Assembly: GCF_009914755.1 (NCBI RefSeq)
Contig: NC_060933.1
Length of the DNA: 64,000 nt
Reading direction: 5' to 3' (one strand)
From: the human T2T-CHM13v2.0 reference genome, Homo sapiens
The position numbers and the translations under genes were made by a program. Positions 1 through 12,928 of this stretch are shown here, one piece after another. The notes under the pieces are model-generated. The model saw nothing but the letters and a program-made list of their open reading frames with translations, ran no database searches and was not told the origin of the DNA. Each line of letters begins with the position of its first letter. The stretch's first letter is position 1.

Positions 1-100
1 GTGTATTCAACTAACAGAGATGAACCTTTCTTTTTACAGAGCAGTTTTGAAACACTCTTTTTGTGGAATCTGAAAGTGGATATTTGGATAGCTTTGCGGA

Positions 101-117
101 TTTCGTTGGAAACGGGA
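101..117 (+). promoter_or_regulatory. CENP-B box, intact (monomer 1; recurs at offset +100 in each module)
   Basis: tttcgttggaaacggga matches the established consensus YTTCGTTGGAARCGGGA. Confidence 0.95.
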
Positions 118-438
118 TTACATATAAAATCTAGGGAGAAGCATTCTCAGGAACTTCTTTGTGATGTTTGCATTCAAGTCACAGAACTGAACATTCCCTT
201 TCATAGAGCAGGTTTGAAACACTCTTTCTGTAGTATCTGCAATCGGACGTTTTAAACGCTTTCAGGCCTGTGGTGAGAAAGGAAATATCTTCAAATAAAA
301 ACTAGACAGAAGCTTTCTCAGAAACTTATTTGCGATGTGTGTCCTCAACTAACAGAGTTGAACCTTTCTTTTGATACAACATTTTGGAAACACTCTTTTT
401 GTAGAATCTGCAAGTGGATATTTGGATAGCTTTGAAGG

Positions 439-455
439 TTTCGTTGGAAACGGGA
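439..455 (+). promoter_or_regulatory. CENP-B box, intact (monomer 3; recurs at offset +438 in each module)
   Basis: tttcgttggaaacggga, exact consensus match. Confidence 0.95.
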
Positions 456-780
456 ATATCTTCATATGAAATCAAGACAGAAGCATTCTCAGAAACTTCT
501 CTGTGATGTTTGCATTCAACTCATAGAGTTGAACACTTCCCTTCATACAGCAGGTTTGAAACACTCTTTTTGTAATATTTGGAAGTGGACATTTGCAGCG
601 CTTTGAGGCCTATGTTGAAAAAGGAAATATCTTCTCCTAAAAACCAGACAGAAGCATTCTCAGAAACTTCCTTGTGATGTGTGTACTCAAGTAACAGAGT
701 TGAACCTTCCTTTTGACAGAGCAGTTTTGAAGCACTCTTTTTGTAGAATCTGCAAGTGGATATTTTGATACCTTTGAGGA

Positions 781-797
781 TTTCGTTGGACACGGGA
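781..797 (+). promoter_or_regulatory. CENP-B box variant with intact core (monomer 5 of module C)
   Basis: tttcgttggacacggga keeps the core NTTCGNNNNANNCGGGN; the A>C change is at a non-core position. Confidence 0.85.
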
Positions 798-950
798 TAT
801 CTTCATATAAAATCTAGACAGAAGCATTCTCAGAAACTTCTTTGTGCTGTATGTCCTCAATTAACAGAGTTGAACCTTTGTGTGGATACAGCATTTTGGA
901 AACATTCCTTTAGTAGAATCTGCAAGTTGATATTTAGATAGCTAGGAAGA

Positions 951-967
951 TTTCCTTGGAAACGGGA
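951..967 (+). promoter_or_regulatory. Degenerate CENP-B box, predicted non-binding (monomer 6 of module C)
   Basis: tttccttggaaacggga: core TTCG is changed to TTCC in every copy of this monomer read. Confidence 0.8.
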
Positions 968-1192
968 ATATCTTCATATAAAATCTAGACGGAAGCATTC
1001 TCAGAAAGTGCTTTGTGATGTTTGCATTCAAGTCACAGAGTTGAATATTCCCTTTTATAGAGCAGGTTTGAAACACTCTTTCTGCACTACCTGGAAGTGG
1101 ACATTTGGAGCGCTTTGAGGCCTATGTTGAAAAAGGAAATATCTTCCCATAAAAACTAGACAGAAGCATTCTCAGAAACTTGTTTGTGATGT

Positions 1193-1872
1193 GTGTATTC
1201 AACTAACAGAGATGAACCTTTCTTTTTACAGAGCAGTTTTGAAACACTCTTTTTGTGGAATCTGAAAGTGGATATTTGGATAGCTTTGAGGATTTCGTTG
1301 GAAACGGGATTACATATAAAACCTAGAGAGAAGCATTCTCAGGAACTTCTTTGTGATGTTTGCCTTCAAGTCACAGGACTGAACATTCCCTTTCATAGAG
1401 CAGGTTTGAAACACTCTTTCTGTAGTATCTGCAAGCTGACGTTTCAAGCGCTTTCAGGCCTATGGTGACAAAGGAAATATCTTCAAGTAAAAACTAGACA
1501 GAAGCATTCTCAGAAACTTATTTGCCATGTGTGTTCTCAACTAACAGAGTTGAACCTTTGTTTTGATACGGCATTTTGGAAACACTCTTTTTGTAGAATC
1601 TGCAGGTGGATATTCGGATAGCTTTGAAGGTTTCGTTGGAAACGGGAATATCTTCATATAAAATCTAGACGGAAGCATTCTCAGAAACTGCTTTGTGATG
1701 TTTGCATTCAAGTCACAGAGTAGAATGTTCCCTGTTATATACCAGGTTTGAGACACTCTTTCTGCACTACCTGGAAGTGGACATTTGCAGCGCTTTGAGG
1801 CCTATGATGAAAAAGGAAATATCTTCCCATAAAAACTAGACAGAAGCATTCTCAGAAACTTGTTTGTGATGT
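1193..1872 (+). repeat. Module A, 4-monomer unit (680 bp), representative of 31 full copies plus one partial
   Basis: Diagnostic strings: aaaacctagag, aagctgacgtttcaag, ctgcaggtggatattcgg, gtagaatgttccctgttatatacc. Unit starts are spaced exactly 680 bp apart. Confidence 0.95.
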
Positions 1873-2552
1873 GTGTATTCAACTAACAGAGATGAACCTT
1901 TCTTTTTACAGAGCAGTTTTGAAACACTCTTTTTGTGGAATCTGAAAGTGGATATTTGGATAGCTTTGAGGATTTCGTTGGAAACGGGATTACATATAAA
2001 ATCTAGAGAGAAGCATTCTCAGGAACTTCTTTGTGATGTTTGCATTCACGTCACAGAACTGAACATTCCCTTTCATAGAGCATGTTTGAAACACTCTTTC
2101 TGTAGTATCTGCAAACGGACATTTCAAACGCTTTCAGGCCTATGGTGAGAAAGGAAATATCTTCAAATAAAAACTAGACAGAAGCATTCTCAGAAACTTA
2201 TTTGCGATGTGTGTCCTCAACTAACAGAGTTGAACCTTTCTTTTGATACAACATTTTGGAAACACTCTTTTTGTAGAATCTGCAAGTGGATATTTGAATA
2301 GCTTTGAAGGTTTCGTTGGAAACGGGAATATCTTCATATAAAATCAAGACAGAAGCATTCTCAGAAACTTCTCTGTGATGTTTGCATTCAACTCATAGAG
2401 TTGAACACTTCCCTTCATACAGCAGGTTTGAAACACTCTTTTTGTAATATTTGGAAGTGGACATTTGCAGCGCTTTGAGGCCTATGATGAAAAAGGTAAT
2501 ATCTTCCCATAAAAACTAGACAGAAGCATTCTCAGAAACTTGTTTGTGATGT
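1873..2552 (+). repeat. Module B, 4-monomer unit (680 bp), representative of 21 copies
   Basis: Diagnostic strings: cattcacgtcac, gagcatgtttg, aaacggacatttcaaac, atttgaatag. Its monomers 3-4 are nearly identical to monomers 3-4 of module C. Confidence 0.95.
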
Positions 2553-5500
2553 GTGTATTCAACTAACAGAGATGAACCTTTCTTTTTACAGAGCAGTTTT
2601 GAAACACTCTTTTTGTGGAATCTGAAAGTGGATATTTGGATAGCTTTGCGGATTTCGTTGGAAACGGGATTACATATAAAATCTAGGGAGAAGCATTCTC
2701 AGGAACTTCTTTGTGATGTTTGCATTCAAGTCACAGAACTGAACATTCCCTTTCATAGAGCAGGTTTGAAACACTCTTTCTGTAGTATCTGCAAGCGGAC
2801 GTTTTAAGCCCTTTCAGGCCTGTGGTGAGAAAGGAAATATCTTCAAATAAAAACTAGACAGAAGCATTCTCAGAAACTTATTTGCGATGTGTGTCCTCAA
2901 CTAACAGAGTTGAACCTTTCTTTTGATACAACATTTTGGAAACACTCTTTTTGTAGAATCTGCAAGTGGATATTTGGATAGCTTTGAAGGTTTCGTTGGA
3001 AACGGGAATATCTTCATATGAAATGAAGACAGAAGCATTCTCAGAAACTTCTCTGTGATGTTTGCATTCAACTCATAGAGTTGAACACTTCCCTTCATAC
3101 AGCAGGTTTGAAACACTCTTTTTGTAATATTTGGAAGTGGACATTTGCAGCGCTTTGAGGCCTATGTTGAAAAAGGAAATATCTTCTCCTAAAAACCAGA
3201 CAGAAGCATTCTCAGAAACTTCCTTGTGATGTGTGTACTCAAGTAACAGAGTTGAACCTTCATTTTGACAGAGCAGTTTTGAAGCACTCTTTTTGTAGAA
3301 TCTGCAAGTGGATATTTTGATACCTTTGAGGATTTCGTTGGACACGGGATATCTTCATATAAAATCTAGACAGAAGCATTCTCAGAAACTTCTTTGTGCT
3401 GTATGTCCTCAATTAACAGAGTTGAACCTTTGTGTGGATACAGCATTTTGGAAACATTCCTTTAGTAGAATCTGCAAGTTGATATTTAGATAGCTAGGAA
3501 GATTTCCTTGGAAACGGGAATATCTTCATATAAAATCTAGACGGAAGCATTCTCAGAAAGTGCTTTGTGATGTTTGCATTCAAGTCACAGAGTTGAATAT
3601 TCCCTTTTATAGAGCAGGTTTGAAACACTCTTTCTGCACTACCTGGAAGTGGACATTTGGAGCGCTTTGAGGCCTATGTTGAAAAAGGAAATATCTTCCC
3701 ATAAAAACTAGACAGAAGCATTCTCAGAAACTTGTTTGTGATGTGTGTATTCAACTAACAGAGATGAACCTTTCTTTTTACAGAGCAGTTTTGAAACACT
3801 CTTTTTGTGGAATCTGAAAGTGGATATTTGGATAGCTTTGAGGATTTCGTTGGAAACGGGATTACATATAAAACCTAGAGAGAAGCATTCTCAGGAACTT
3901 TTTTTTGATGTTTGCCTTCAAGTCAGAGGACTGAACATTCCCTTTCATAGAGCAGGTTTGAAACACTCTTTCTGTAGTATCTGCAAGCTGACGTTTCAAG
4001 CGCTTTCAGGCCTATGGTGAGAAAGGAAATATCTTCAAGTAAAAACTAGACAGAAGCATTCTCAGAAACTTATTTGCCATGTGTGTTCTCAACTAACAGA
4101 GTTGAACCTTTGTTTTGATACGGCATTTTGGAAACACTCTTTTTGTAGTATCTGCAGGTGGATATTCGGATAGCTTTGAAGGTTTCGTTGGAAACGGGAA
4201 TATCTTCATATAAAATCTAGACGGAAGCATTCTCAGAAACTGCTTTGTGATGTTTTCATTCAAGTCACAGAGTAGAATGTTCCCTGTTATATACCAGGTT
4301 TGAGACACTCTTTCTGCACTACCTGGAAGTGGACGTTTGGAGCGCTTTGAGGCCTATGTTGAAAAAGGAAATATCTTCCCATAAAAACTAGACAGAAGCA
4401 TTCTCAGAAACTTGTTTGTGATGTGTGTATTCAACTAACAGAGATGAACCTTTCTTTTTACAGAGCAGTTTTGAAACACTCTTTTTGTGGAATCTGAAAG
4501 TGGATATTTGGATAGCTTTGAGGATTTCGTTGGAAACGGGATTACATATAAAACCTAGAGAGAAGCATTCTCAGGAACTTCTTTGTGATGTTTGCATTCA
4601 AGTCACAGAACTGAACATTCCCTTTCATAGAGCAGGTTTGAAACACTCTTTCTGTAGTATCTGCAAGCTGACGTTTCAAGCGCTTTCAGGCCTATGGTGA
4701 GAAAGGAAATATCTTCAAGTAAAAACTAGACAGAAGCATTCTCAGAAACTTATTTGCGATGTGTGTTCTCAACTAACAGAGTTGAACCTTTGTTTTGATA
4801 TGGCATTTTGGAAACACTCTTTTTGTAGAATCTGCAGGTGGATATTCGGATAGCTTTGAAGGTTTCGTTGGAAACGGGAATATCTTCATATAAAATCTAG
4901 ACGGAAGCATTCTCAGAAACTGCTTTGTGATGTTTTCATTCAAGTCACACAGTAGAATGTTCCCTGTTATATACCAGGTTTGAGACACTCTTTCTGCACT
5001 ACCTGGAAGTGGACATTTGCAGCGCTTTGAGGCCTATGATGAAAAAGGAAATATCTTCCCATAAAAACTAGACAGAAGCATTCTCAGAAACTTGTTTTTG
5101 ATGTGTGTATTCAACTAACAGAGATGAACCTTTCTTTTTACAGAGCAGTTTTGAAACACTCTTTTTGTGGAATCTGAAAGTGGATATTTGGATAGCTTTG
5201 AGGATTTCGTTGGAAACGGGATTAAATATAAAATCTAGAGAGAAGCATTCTCAGGAACTTCTTTGTGATGTTTGCATTCACGTCACAGAACTGAACATTC
5301 CCTTTCATAGAGCATGTTTGAAACACTCTTTCTGTAGTATCTGCAAACGGACATTTCAAACGCTTTCAGGCCTATGGTGAGAAAGGAAATATCTTCAAAT
5401 AAAAACTAGACAGAAGCATTCTCAGAAACTTATTTGCGATGTGTGTCCTCAACTAACAGAGTTGAACCTTTCTTTTGATACAACATTTTGGAAACACTCT

Positions 5501-7144
5501 TTTTGTAGAATCTGCAAGTGGATATTTGAATAGCTTTGAAGGTTTCGTTGGAAACGGGAATATCTTCATATAAAATCAAGACAGAAGCATTCTCAGAAAC
5601 TTCTCTGTGATGTTTGCATTCAACTCATAGAGTTGAACACTTCCCTTCATACAGCAGGTTTGAAACACTCTTTTTGTAATATTTGGAAGTGGACATTTGC
5701 AGCGCTTTGAGGCCTATGATGAAAAAGGTAATATCTTCCCATAAAAACTAGACAGAAGCATTCTCAGAAACTTGTTTGTGATGTGTGTATTCAACTAACA
5801 GAGATGAACCTTTCTTTTTACAGAGCAGTTTTGAAACACTCTTTTTGTGGAATCTGAAAGTGGATATTTGGATAGCTTTGCGGATTTCGTTGGAAACGGG
5901 ATTACATATAAAACCTAGAGAGAAGCATTCTCAGGAACTTCTTTGCGATGTTTGCATTCAAGTCACAGAACTGAACATTCCCTTTCATAGAGCAGGTTTG
6001 AAACACTCTTTCTGTAGTATCTGCAAGCTGACGTTTCAAGCGCTTTCAGGCCTATGGTGAGAAAGGAAATTTCTTCAAGTAAAAACTAGACAGAAGCATT
6101 CTCAGAAACTTATTTGCGATGTGTGTTCTCAACTAACAGAGTTGAACCTTTGTTTTGATATGGCATTTTGGAAACACTCTTTTTGTAGAATCTGCAGGTG
6201 GATATTCGGATAGCTTTGAAGGTTTCGTTGGAAACGGGAATATCTTCATATAAAATCTAGACGGAAGCATTCTCAGAAACTGCTTTGTGATGTTTTCATT
6301 CAAGTCACAGAGTAGAATGTTCCCTGTTATATACCAGGTTTGAGACACTCTTTCTGCACTACCTGGAAGTGGACGTTTGGAGCGCTTTGAGGCCTATGTT
6401 GAAAAAGGAAATATCTTCCCATAAAAACTAGACAGAAGCATTCTCAGAAACTTGTTTGTGATGTGTGTATTCAACTAACAGAGATGAACCTTTCTTTTTA
6501 CAGAGCAGTTTTGAAACACTCTTTTTGTGGAATCTGAAAGTGGATATTTGGATAGCTTTGAGGATTTCGTTGGAAACGGGATTACATATAAAACCTAGAG
6601 AGAAGCATTCTCAGGAACTTCTTTGTGATGTTTGCATTCACGTCACAGAACTGAACATTCCCTTTCATAGAGCATGTTTGAAACACTCTTTCTGTAGTAT
6701 CTGCAAACGGACATTTCAAACGCTTTCAGGCCTATGGTGAGAAAGGAAATATCTTCAAATAAAAACTAGACAGAAGCATTCTCAGAAACTTATTTGCGAT
6801 GTGTGTCCTCAACTATCAGAGTTGAACCTTTCTTTTGATACAACATTTTGGAACCACTCTTTTTGTAGAATCTGCAAGTGGATATTTGAATAGCTTTGAA
6901 GGTTTCGTTGGAAACGGGAATATCTTCATATAAAATCAAGACAGAAGCATTCTCAGAAACTTCTCTGTGATGTTTGCATTCAACTCATAGAGTTGAACAC
7001 TTCCCTTCATACAGCAGGTTTGAAACACTCTTTTTGTAATATTTGGAAGTGGACATTTGCAGCGCTTTGAGGCCTATGATGAAAAAGGAAATATCTTCCC
7101 ATAAAAACTAGACAGAAGCATTCTCAGAAACTTGTTTGTGATGT
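2553..7144 (+). repeat. 27-mer HOR variant C-A-A-B-A-B (4592 bp)
   Basis: Same order and length at 28921-33512 and 39129-43720. Confidence 0.92.
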
Positions 7145-10100
7145 GTGTATTCAACTAACAGAGATGAACCTTTCTTTTTACAGAGCAGTTTTGAAACACT
7201 CTTTTTGTGGAATCTGAAAGTGGATATTTGGATAGCTTTGCGGATTTCGTTGGAAACGGGATTACATATAAAATCTAGGGAGAAGCATTCTCAGGAACTT
7301 CTTTGTGATGTTTGCATTCAAGTCACAGAACTGAACATTCCCTTTCATAGAGCAGGTTTGAAACACTCTTTCTGTAGTATCTGCAAGCGGACGTTTTAAG
7401 CGCTTTCAGGCCTGTGGTGAGAAAGGAAATATCTTCAAATAAAAACTAGACAGAAGCATTCTCAGAAACTTATTTGCGATGTGTGTCCTCAACTAACAGA
7501 GTTGAACCTTTCTTTTGATACAACATTTTGGAAACACTCTTTTTGTAGAATCTGCAAGTGGATATTTGGATAGCTTTGAAGGTTTCGTTGGAAACGGGAA
7601 TATCTTCATATGAAATCAAGACAGAAGCATTCTCAGAAACTTCTCTGTGATGTTTGCATTCAACTCATAGAGTTGAACACTTCCCTTCATACAGCAGGTT
7701 TGAAACACTCTTTTTCTAATATTTGGAAGTGGACATTTGCAGCGCTTTGAGGCCTATGTTGAAAAAGGAAATATCATCTCCTAAAAACCAGACAGAAGCA
7801 TTCTCAGAAACTTCCTTGTGATGTGTGTACTCAAGTAACAGAGTTGAACCTTCCTTTTGACAGAGCAGTTTTGAAGCACTCTTTTTGTAGAATCTGCAAG
7901 TGGATATTTTGATACCTTTGAGGATTTCGTTGGACACGGGATATCTTCATATAAAATCTAGACAGAAGCATTCTCAGAAACTTCTTTGTGCTGTATGTCC
8001 TCAATTAACAGAGTTGAACCTTTGTGTGGATACAGCATTTTGGAAACATTCCTTTAGTAGAATCTGCAAGTTGATATTTAGATAGCTAGGAAGATTTCCT
8101 TGGAAACGGGAATATCTTCATATAAAATCTAGACGGAAGCATTCTCAGAAAGTGCTTTGTGATGTTTGCATTCAAGTCACAGAGTTGAATATTCCCTTTT
8201 ATAGAGCAGGTTTGAAACACTCTTTCTGCACTACCTGGAAGTGGACATTTGGAGCGCTTTGAGGCCTATGTTGAAAAAGGAAATATCTTCCCATAAAAAC
8301 TAGACAGAAGCATTCTCAGAAACTTGTTTGTGATGTGTGTATTCAACTAACAGAGATGAACCTTTCTTTTTACAGAGCAGTTTTGAAACACTCTTTTTGT
8401 GGAATCTGAAAGTGGATATTTGGATAGCTTTGAGGATTTCGTTGGAAATGGGATTACATATAAAACCTAGAGAGAAGCATTCTCAGGAACTTCTTTGTGA
8501 TGTTTGCATTCAAGTCACAGAACTGAACATTCCCTTTCATAGAGCAGGTTTGAAACACTCTTTCTGTAGTATCTGCAAGCTGACGTTTCAAGCGCTTTCA
8601 GGCCTATGGTGAGAAAGGAAATATCTTCAAGTAAAAACTAGACAGAAGCATTCTCAGAAACTTATTTGCGATGTGTGTTCTCAACTAACAGAGTTGAACC
8701 TTTGTTTTGATATGGCATTTTGGAAACACTCTTTTTGTAGAATCTGCAGGTGGATATTCGGATAGCTTTGAAGGTTTCGTTGGAAACGGGAATATCTTCA
8801 TATAAAATCTAGACGGAAGCATTCTCAGAAACTGCTTTGTGATGTTTTCATTCAAGTCACAGAGTAGAATGTTCCCTGTTATATACCAGGTTTGAGACAC
8901 TCTTTCTGCACTACCTGGAAGTGGACATTTGCAGCGCTTTGAGGCCTATGATGAAAAAGGAAATATCTTCCCATAAAAACTAGACAGAAGCATTCTCAGA
9001 AACTTGTTTTTGATGTGTGTATTCAACTAACAGAGATGAACCTTTCTTTTTACAGAGCAGTTTTGAAACACTCTTTTTGTGGAATCTGAAAGTGGATATT
9101 TGGATAGCTTTGAGGATTTCGTTGGAAACGGGATTACATATAAAATCTAGAGAGAAGCATTCTCAGGAACTTCTTTGTGATGTTTGCATTCACGTCACAG
9201 AACTGAACATTCCCTTTCATAGAGCATGTTTGAAACACTCTTTCTGTAGTATCTGCAAACGGACATTTCAAACGCTTTCAGGCCTATGGTGAGAAAGGAA
9301 ATATCTTCAAATAAAAACTAGACAGAAGCATTCTCAGAAACTTATTTGCGATGTGTGTCCTCAACTAACAGAGTTGAACCTTTCTTTTGATACAACATTT
9401 TGGAAACACTCTTTTTGTAGAATCTGCAAGTGGATATTTGAATAGCTTTGAAGGTTTCGTTGGAAACGGGAATATCTTCATATAAAATCAAGACAGAAGC
9501 ATTCTCAGAAACTTCTCTGTGATGTTTGCATTCAACTCATAGAGTTGAACACTTCCCTTCATACAGCAGGTTTGAAACACACTTTTTGTAATATTTGGAA
9601 GTGGACATTTGCAGCGCTTTGAGGCCTATGATGAAAAAGGTAATATCTTCCCATAAAAACTAGACAGAAGCATTCTCAGAAACTTGTTTGTGATGTGTGT
9701 ATTCAACTAACAGAGATGAACCTTTCTTTTTACAGAGCAGTTTTGAAACACTCTTTATGTGGAATCTGAAAGTGGATATTTGGATAGCTTTGCGGATTTC
9801 GTTGGAAACGGGATTACATATAAAACCTAGAGAGAAGCATTCTCAGGAACTTCTTTGCGATGTTTGCATTCAAGTCACAGAACTGAACATTCCCTTTCAT
9901 AGAGCAGGTTTGAAACACTCTTTCTGTAGTATCTGCAAGCTGACGTTTCAAGCGCTTTCAGGCCTATGGTGAGAAAGGAAATTTCTGCAAGTAAAAACTA
10001 GACAGAAGCATTCTCAGAAACTTATTTGCGATGTGTGTTCTCAACTAACAGAGTTGAACCTTTGTTTTGATATGGCATTTTGGAAACACTCTTTTTGTAG

Positions 10101-11056
10101 AATCTGCAGGTGGATATTCGGATAGCTTTGAAGGTTTCGTTGGAAACGGGAATATCTTCATATAAAATCTAGACGGAAGCATTCTCAGAAACTGCTTTGT
10201 GATGTTTTCATTCAAGTCACAGAGTAGAATGTTCCCTGTTATATACCAGGTTTGAGACACTCTTTCTGCACTACCTGGAAGTGGACGTTTGGAGCGCTTT
10301 GAGGCCTATGTTGAAAAAGGAAATATCTTCCCATAAAAACTAGACAGAAGCATTCTCAGAAACTTGTTTTTGATGTGTGTATTCAACTAACAGAGATGAA
10401 CCTTTCTTTTTACAGAGCAGTTTTGAAACACTCTTTTTGTGGAATCTGAAAGTGGATATTTGGATAGCTTTGAGGATTTCGTTGGAAACGGGATTACATA
10501 TAAAATCTAGAGAGAAGCATTCTCAGGAACTTCTTTGTGATGTTTGCATTCACGTCACAGAACTGAACATTCCCTTTCATAGAGCATGTTTGAAACACTC
10601 TTTCTGTAGTATCTGCAAACGGACATTTCAAACGCTTTCAGGCCTATGGTGAGAAAGGAAATATCTTCAAATAAAAACTAGACAGAAGCATTCTCAGAAA
10701 CTTATTTGCGATGTGTGACCTCAACTATCAGAGTTGAACCTTTCTTTTGATACAACATTTTGGAACCACTCTTTTTGTAGAATCTGCAAGTGGATATTTG
10801 AATAGCTTTGAAGGTTTCGTTGGAAACGGGAATATCTTCATATAAAATCAAGACAGAAGCATTCTCAGAAACTTCTCTGTGATGTTTGCATTCAACTCAT
10901 AGAGGTGAACACTTCCCTTCATACAGCAGGTTTGAAACACTCTTTTTGTAATATTTGGAAGTGGACATTTGCAGCGCTTTGAGGCCTATGATGAAAAAGG
11001 AAATATCTTCCCATAAAAACTAGACAGAAGCATTCTCAGAAACTTGTTTGTGATGT
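7145..11056 (+). repeat. 23-mer HOR variant C-A-B-A-B (3912 bp)
   Basis: Same order and length at 18713-22624. Confidence 0.92.
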
Positions 11057-12928
11057 GTGTATTCAACTAACAGAGATGAACCTTTCTTTTTACAGAGCAG
11101 TTTTGAAACACTCTTTTTGTGGAATCTGAAAGTGGATATTTGGATAGCTTTGCGGATTTCGTTGGAAACGGGATTACATATAAAATCTAGGGAGAAGCAT
11201 TCTCAGGAACTTCTTTGTGATGTTTGCATTCAAGTCACAGAACTGAACATTCCCTTTCATAGAGCAGGTTTGAAACACTCTTTCTGTAGTATCTGCAAGC
11301 GGACGTTTTAAGCGCTTTCAGGCCTGTGGTGAGAAAGGAAATATCTTCAAATAAAAACTAGACAGAAGCATTCTCAGAAACTTATTTGCGATGTGTGTCC
11401 TCAACTAACAGAGTTGAACCTTTCTTTTGATACAACATTTTGGAAACACTCTTTTTGTAGAATCTGCAAGTGAATATTTGGATAGCTTTGAAGGTTTCGT
11501 TGGAAACGGGAATATCTTCATATGAAATCAAGACAGAAGCATTCTCAGAAACTTCTCTGTGATGTTTGCATTCAACTCATAGAGTTGAACACTTCCCTTC
11601 ATACAGCAGGTTTGAAACACTCTTTTTCTAATATTTGGAAGTGGACATTTGCAGCGCTTTGAGGCCTATGTTGAAAAAGGAAATATCTTCTCCTAAAAAC
11701 CAGACAGAAGCATTCTCAGAAACTTCCTTGTGATGTGTGTACTCAAGTAACAGAGTTGAACCTTCCTTTTGACAGAGCAGTTTTGAAGCACTCTTTTTGT
11801 AGAATCTGCAAGTGGATATTTTGATACCTTTGAGGATTTCGTTGGACACGGGATATCTTCATATAAAATCTAGACAGAAGCATTCTCAGAAACTTCTTTG
11901 TGCTGTATGTCCTCAATTAACAGAGTTGAACCTTTGTGTGGATACAGCATTTTGGAAACATTCCTTTAGTAGAATCTGCAAGTTGATATTTAGATAGCTA
12001 GGAAGATTTCCTTGGAAACGGGAATATCTTCATATAAAATCTAGACGGAAGCATTCTCAGAAAGTGCTTTGTGATGTTTGCATTCAAGTCACAGAGTTGA
12101 ATATTCCCTTTTATAGAGCAGGTTTGAAACACTCTTTCTGCACTACCTGGAAGTGGACATTTGGAGCGCTTTGAGGCCTATGTTGAAAAAGGAAATATCT
12201 TCCCATAAAAACTAGACAGAAGCATTCTCAGAAACTTGTTTGTGATGTGTGTATTCAACTAACAGAGATGAACCTTTCTTTTTACAGAGCAGTTTTGAAA
12301 CACTCTTTTTGTGGAATCTGAAAGTGGATATTTGGATAGCTTTGAGGATTTCGTTGGAAACGGGATTACATATAAAACCTAGAGAGAAGCATTCTCAGGA
12401 ACTTCTTTGTGATGTTTGCCTTCAAGTCACAGGACTGAACATTCCCTTTCATAGAGCAGGTTTGAAACACTCTTTCTGTAGTATCTGCAAGCTGACGTTT
12501 CAAGCGCTTTCAGGCCTATGGTGAGAAAGGAAATATCTTCAAGTAAAAACTAGACAGAAGCATTCTCAGAAACTTATTTGAGATGTGTGTTCTCAACTAA
12601 CAGAGTTGAACCTTTGTTTTGATATGGCATTTTGGAAACACTCTTTTTGTAGAATCTGCAGGTGGATATTCGGATAGCTTTGAAGGTTTCGTTGGAAACG
12701 GGAATATCTTCATATAAAATCTAGACGGAAGCATTCTCAGAAACTGCTTTGTGATGTTTTCATTCAAGTCACAGAGTAGAATGTTCCCTGTTATATACCA
12801 GGTTTGAGACACTCTTTCTGCACTACCTGGAAGTGGACATTTGCAGCGCTTTGAGGCCTATGATGAAAAAGGAAATATCTTCCCATAAAAACTAGACAGA
12901 AGCATTCTCAGAAACTTGTTTGTGATGT
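11057..12928 (+). repeat. 11-mer HOR variant C-A (1872 bp)
   Basis: Also starting at 36065, 46273, 50697 and 55801. Confidence 0.92.

Larger units (their letters stand above)
1..1192 (+). repeat. Module C, 7-monomer unit (1192 bp), representative of 23 copies
   Basis: Diagnostic strings: tctagggag, ggacgttttaa, cttctcctaaaaaccag, gtactcaagtaac, gttggacacggg, tttgtgctgtatgtcctcaatt, tttccttggaaacggg. Starts: 1, 2553, 7145, 11057, 12929, 16161, 18713, 22625, 23817, 26369, 28921, 33513, 36065, 37937, 39129, 43721, 46273, 48145, 50697, 52569, 55801, 57673, 60396. Confidence 0.95.
1..2552 (+). repeat. 15-mer HOR variant C-A-B (2552 bp), the commonest form
   Basis: C-to-C spacing of 2552 bp from starts 1, 16161, 23817, 26369, 33513, 43721 and 48145. 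Confidence 0.92.
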
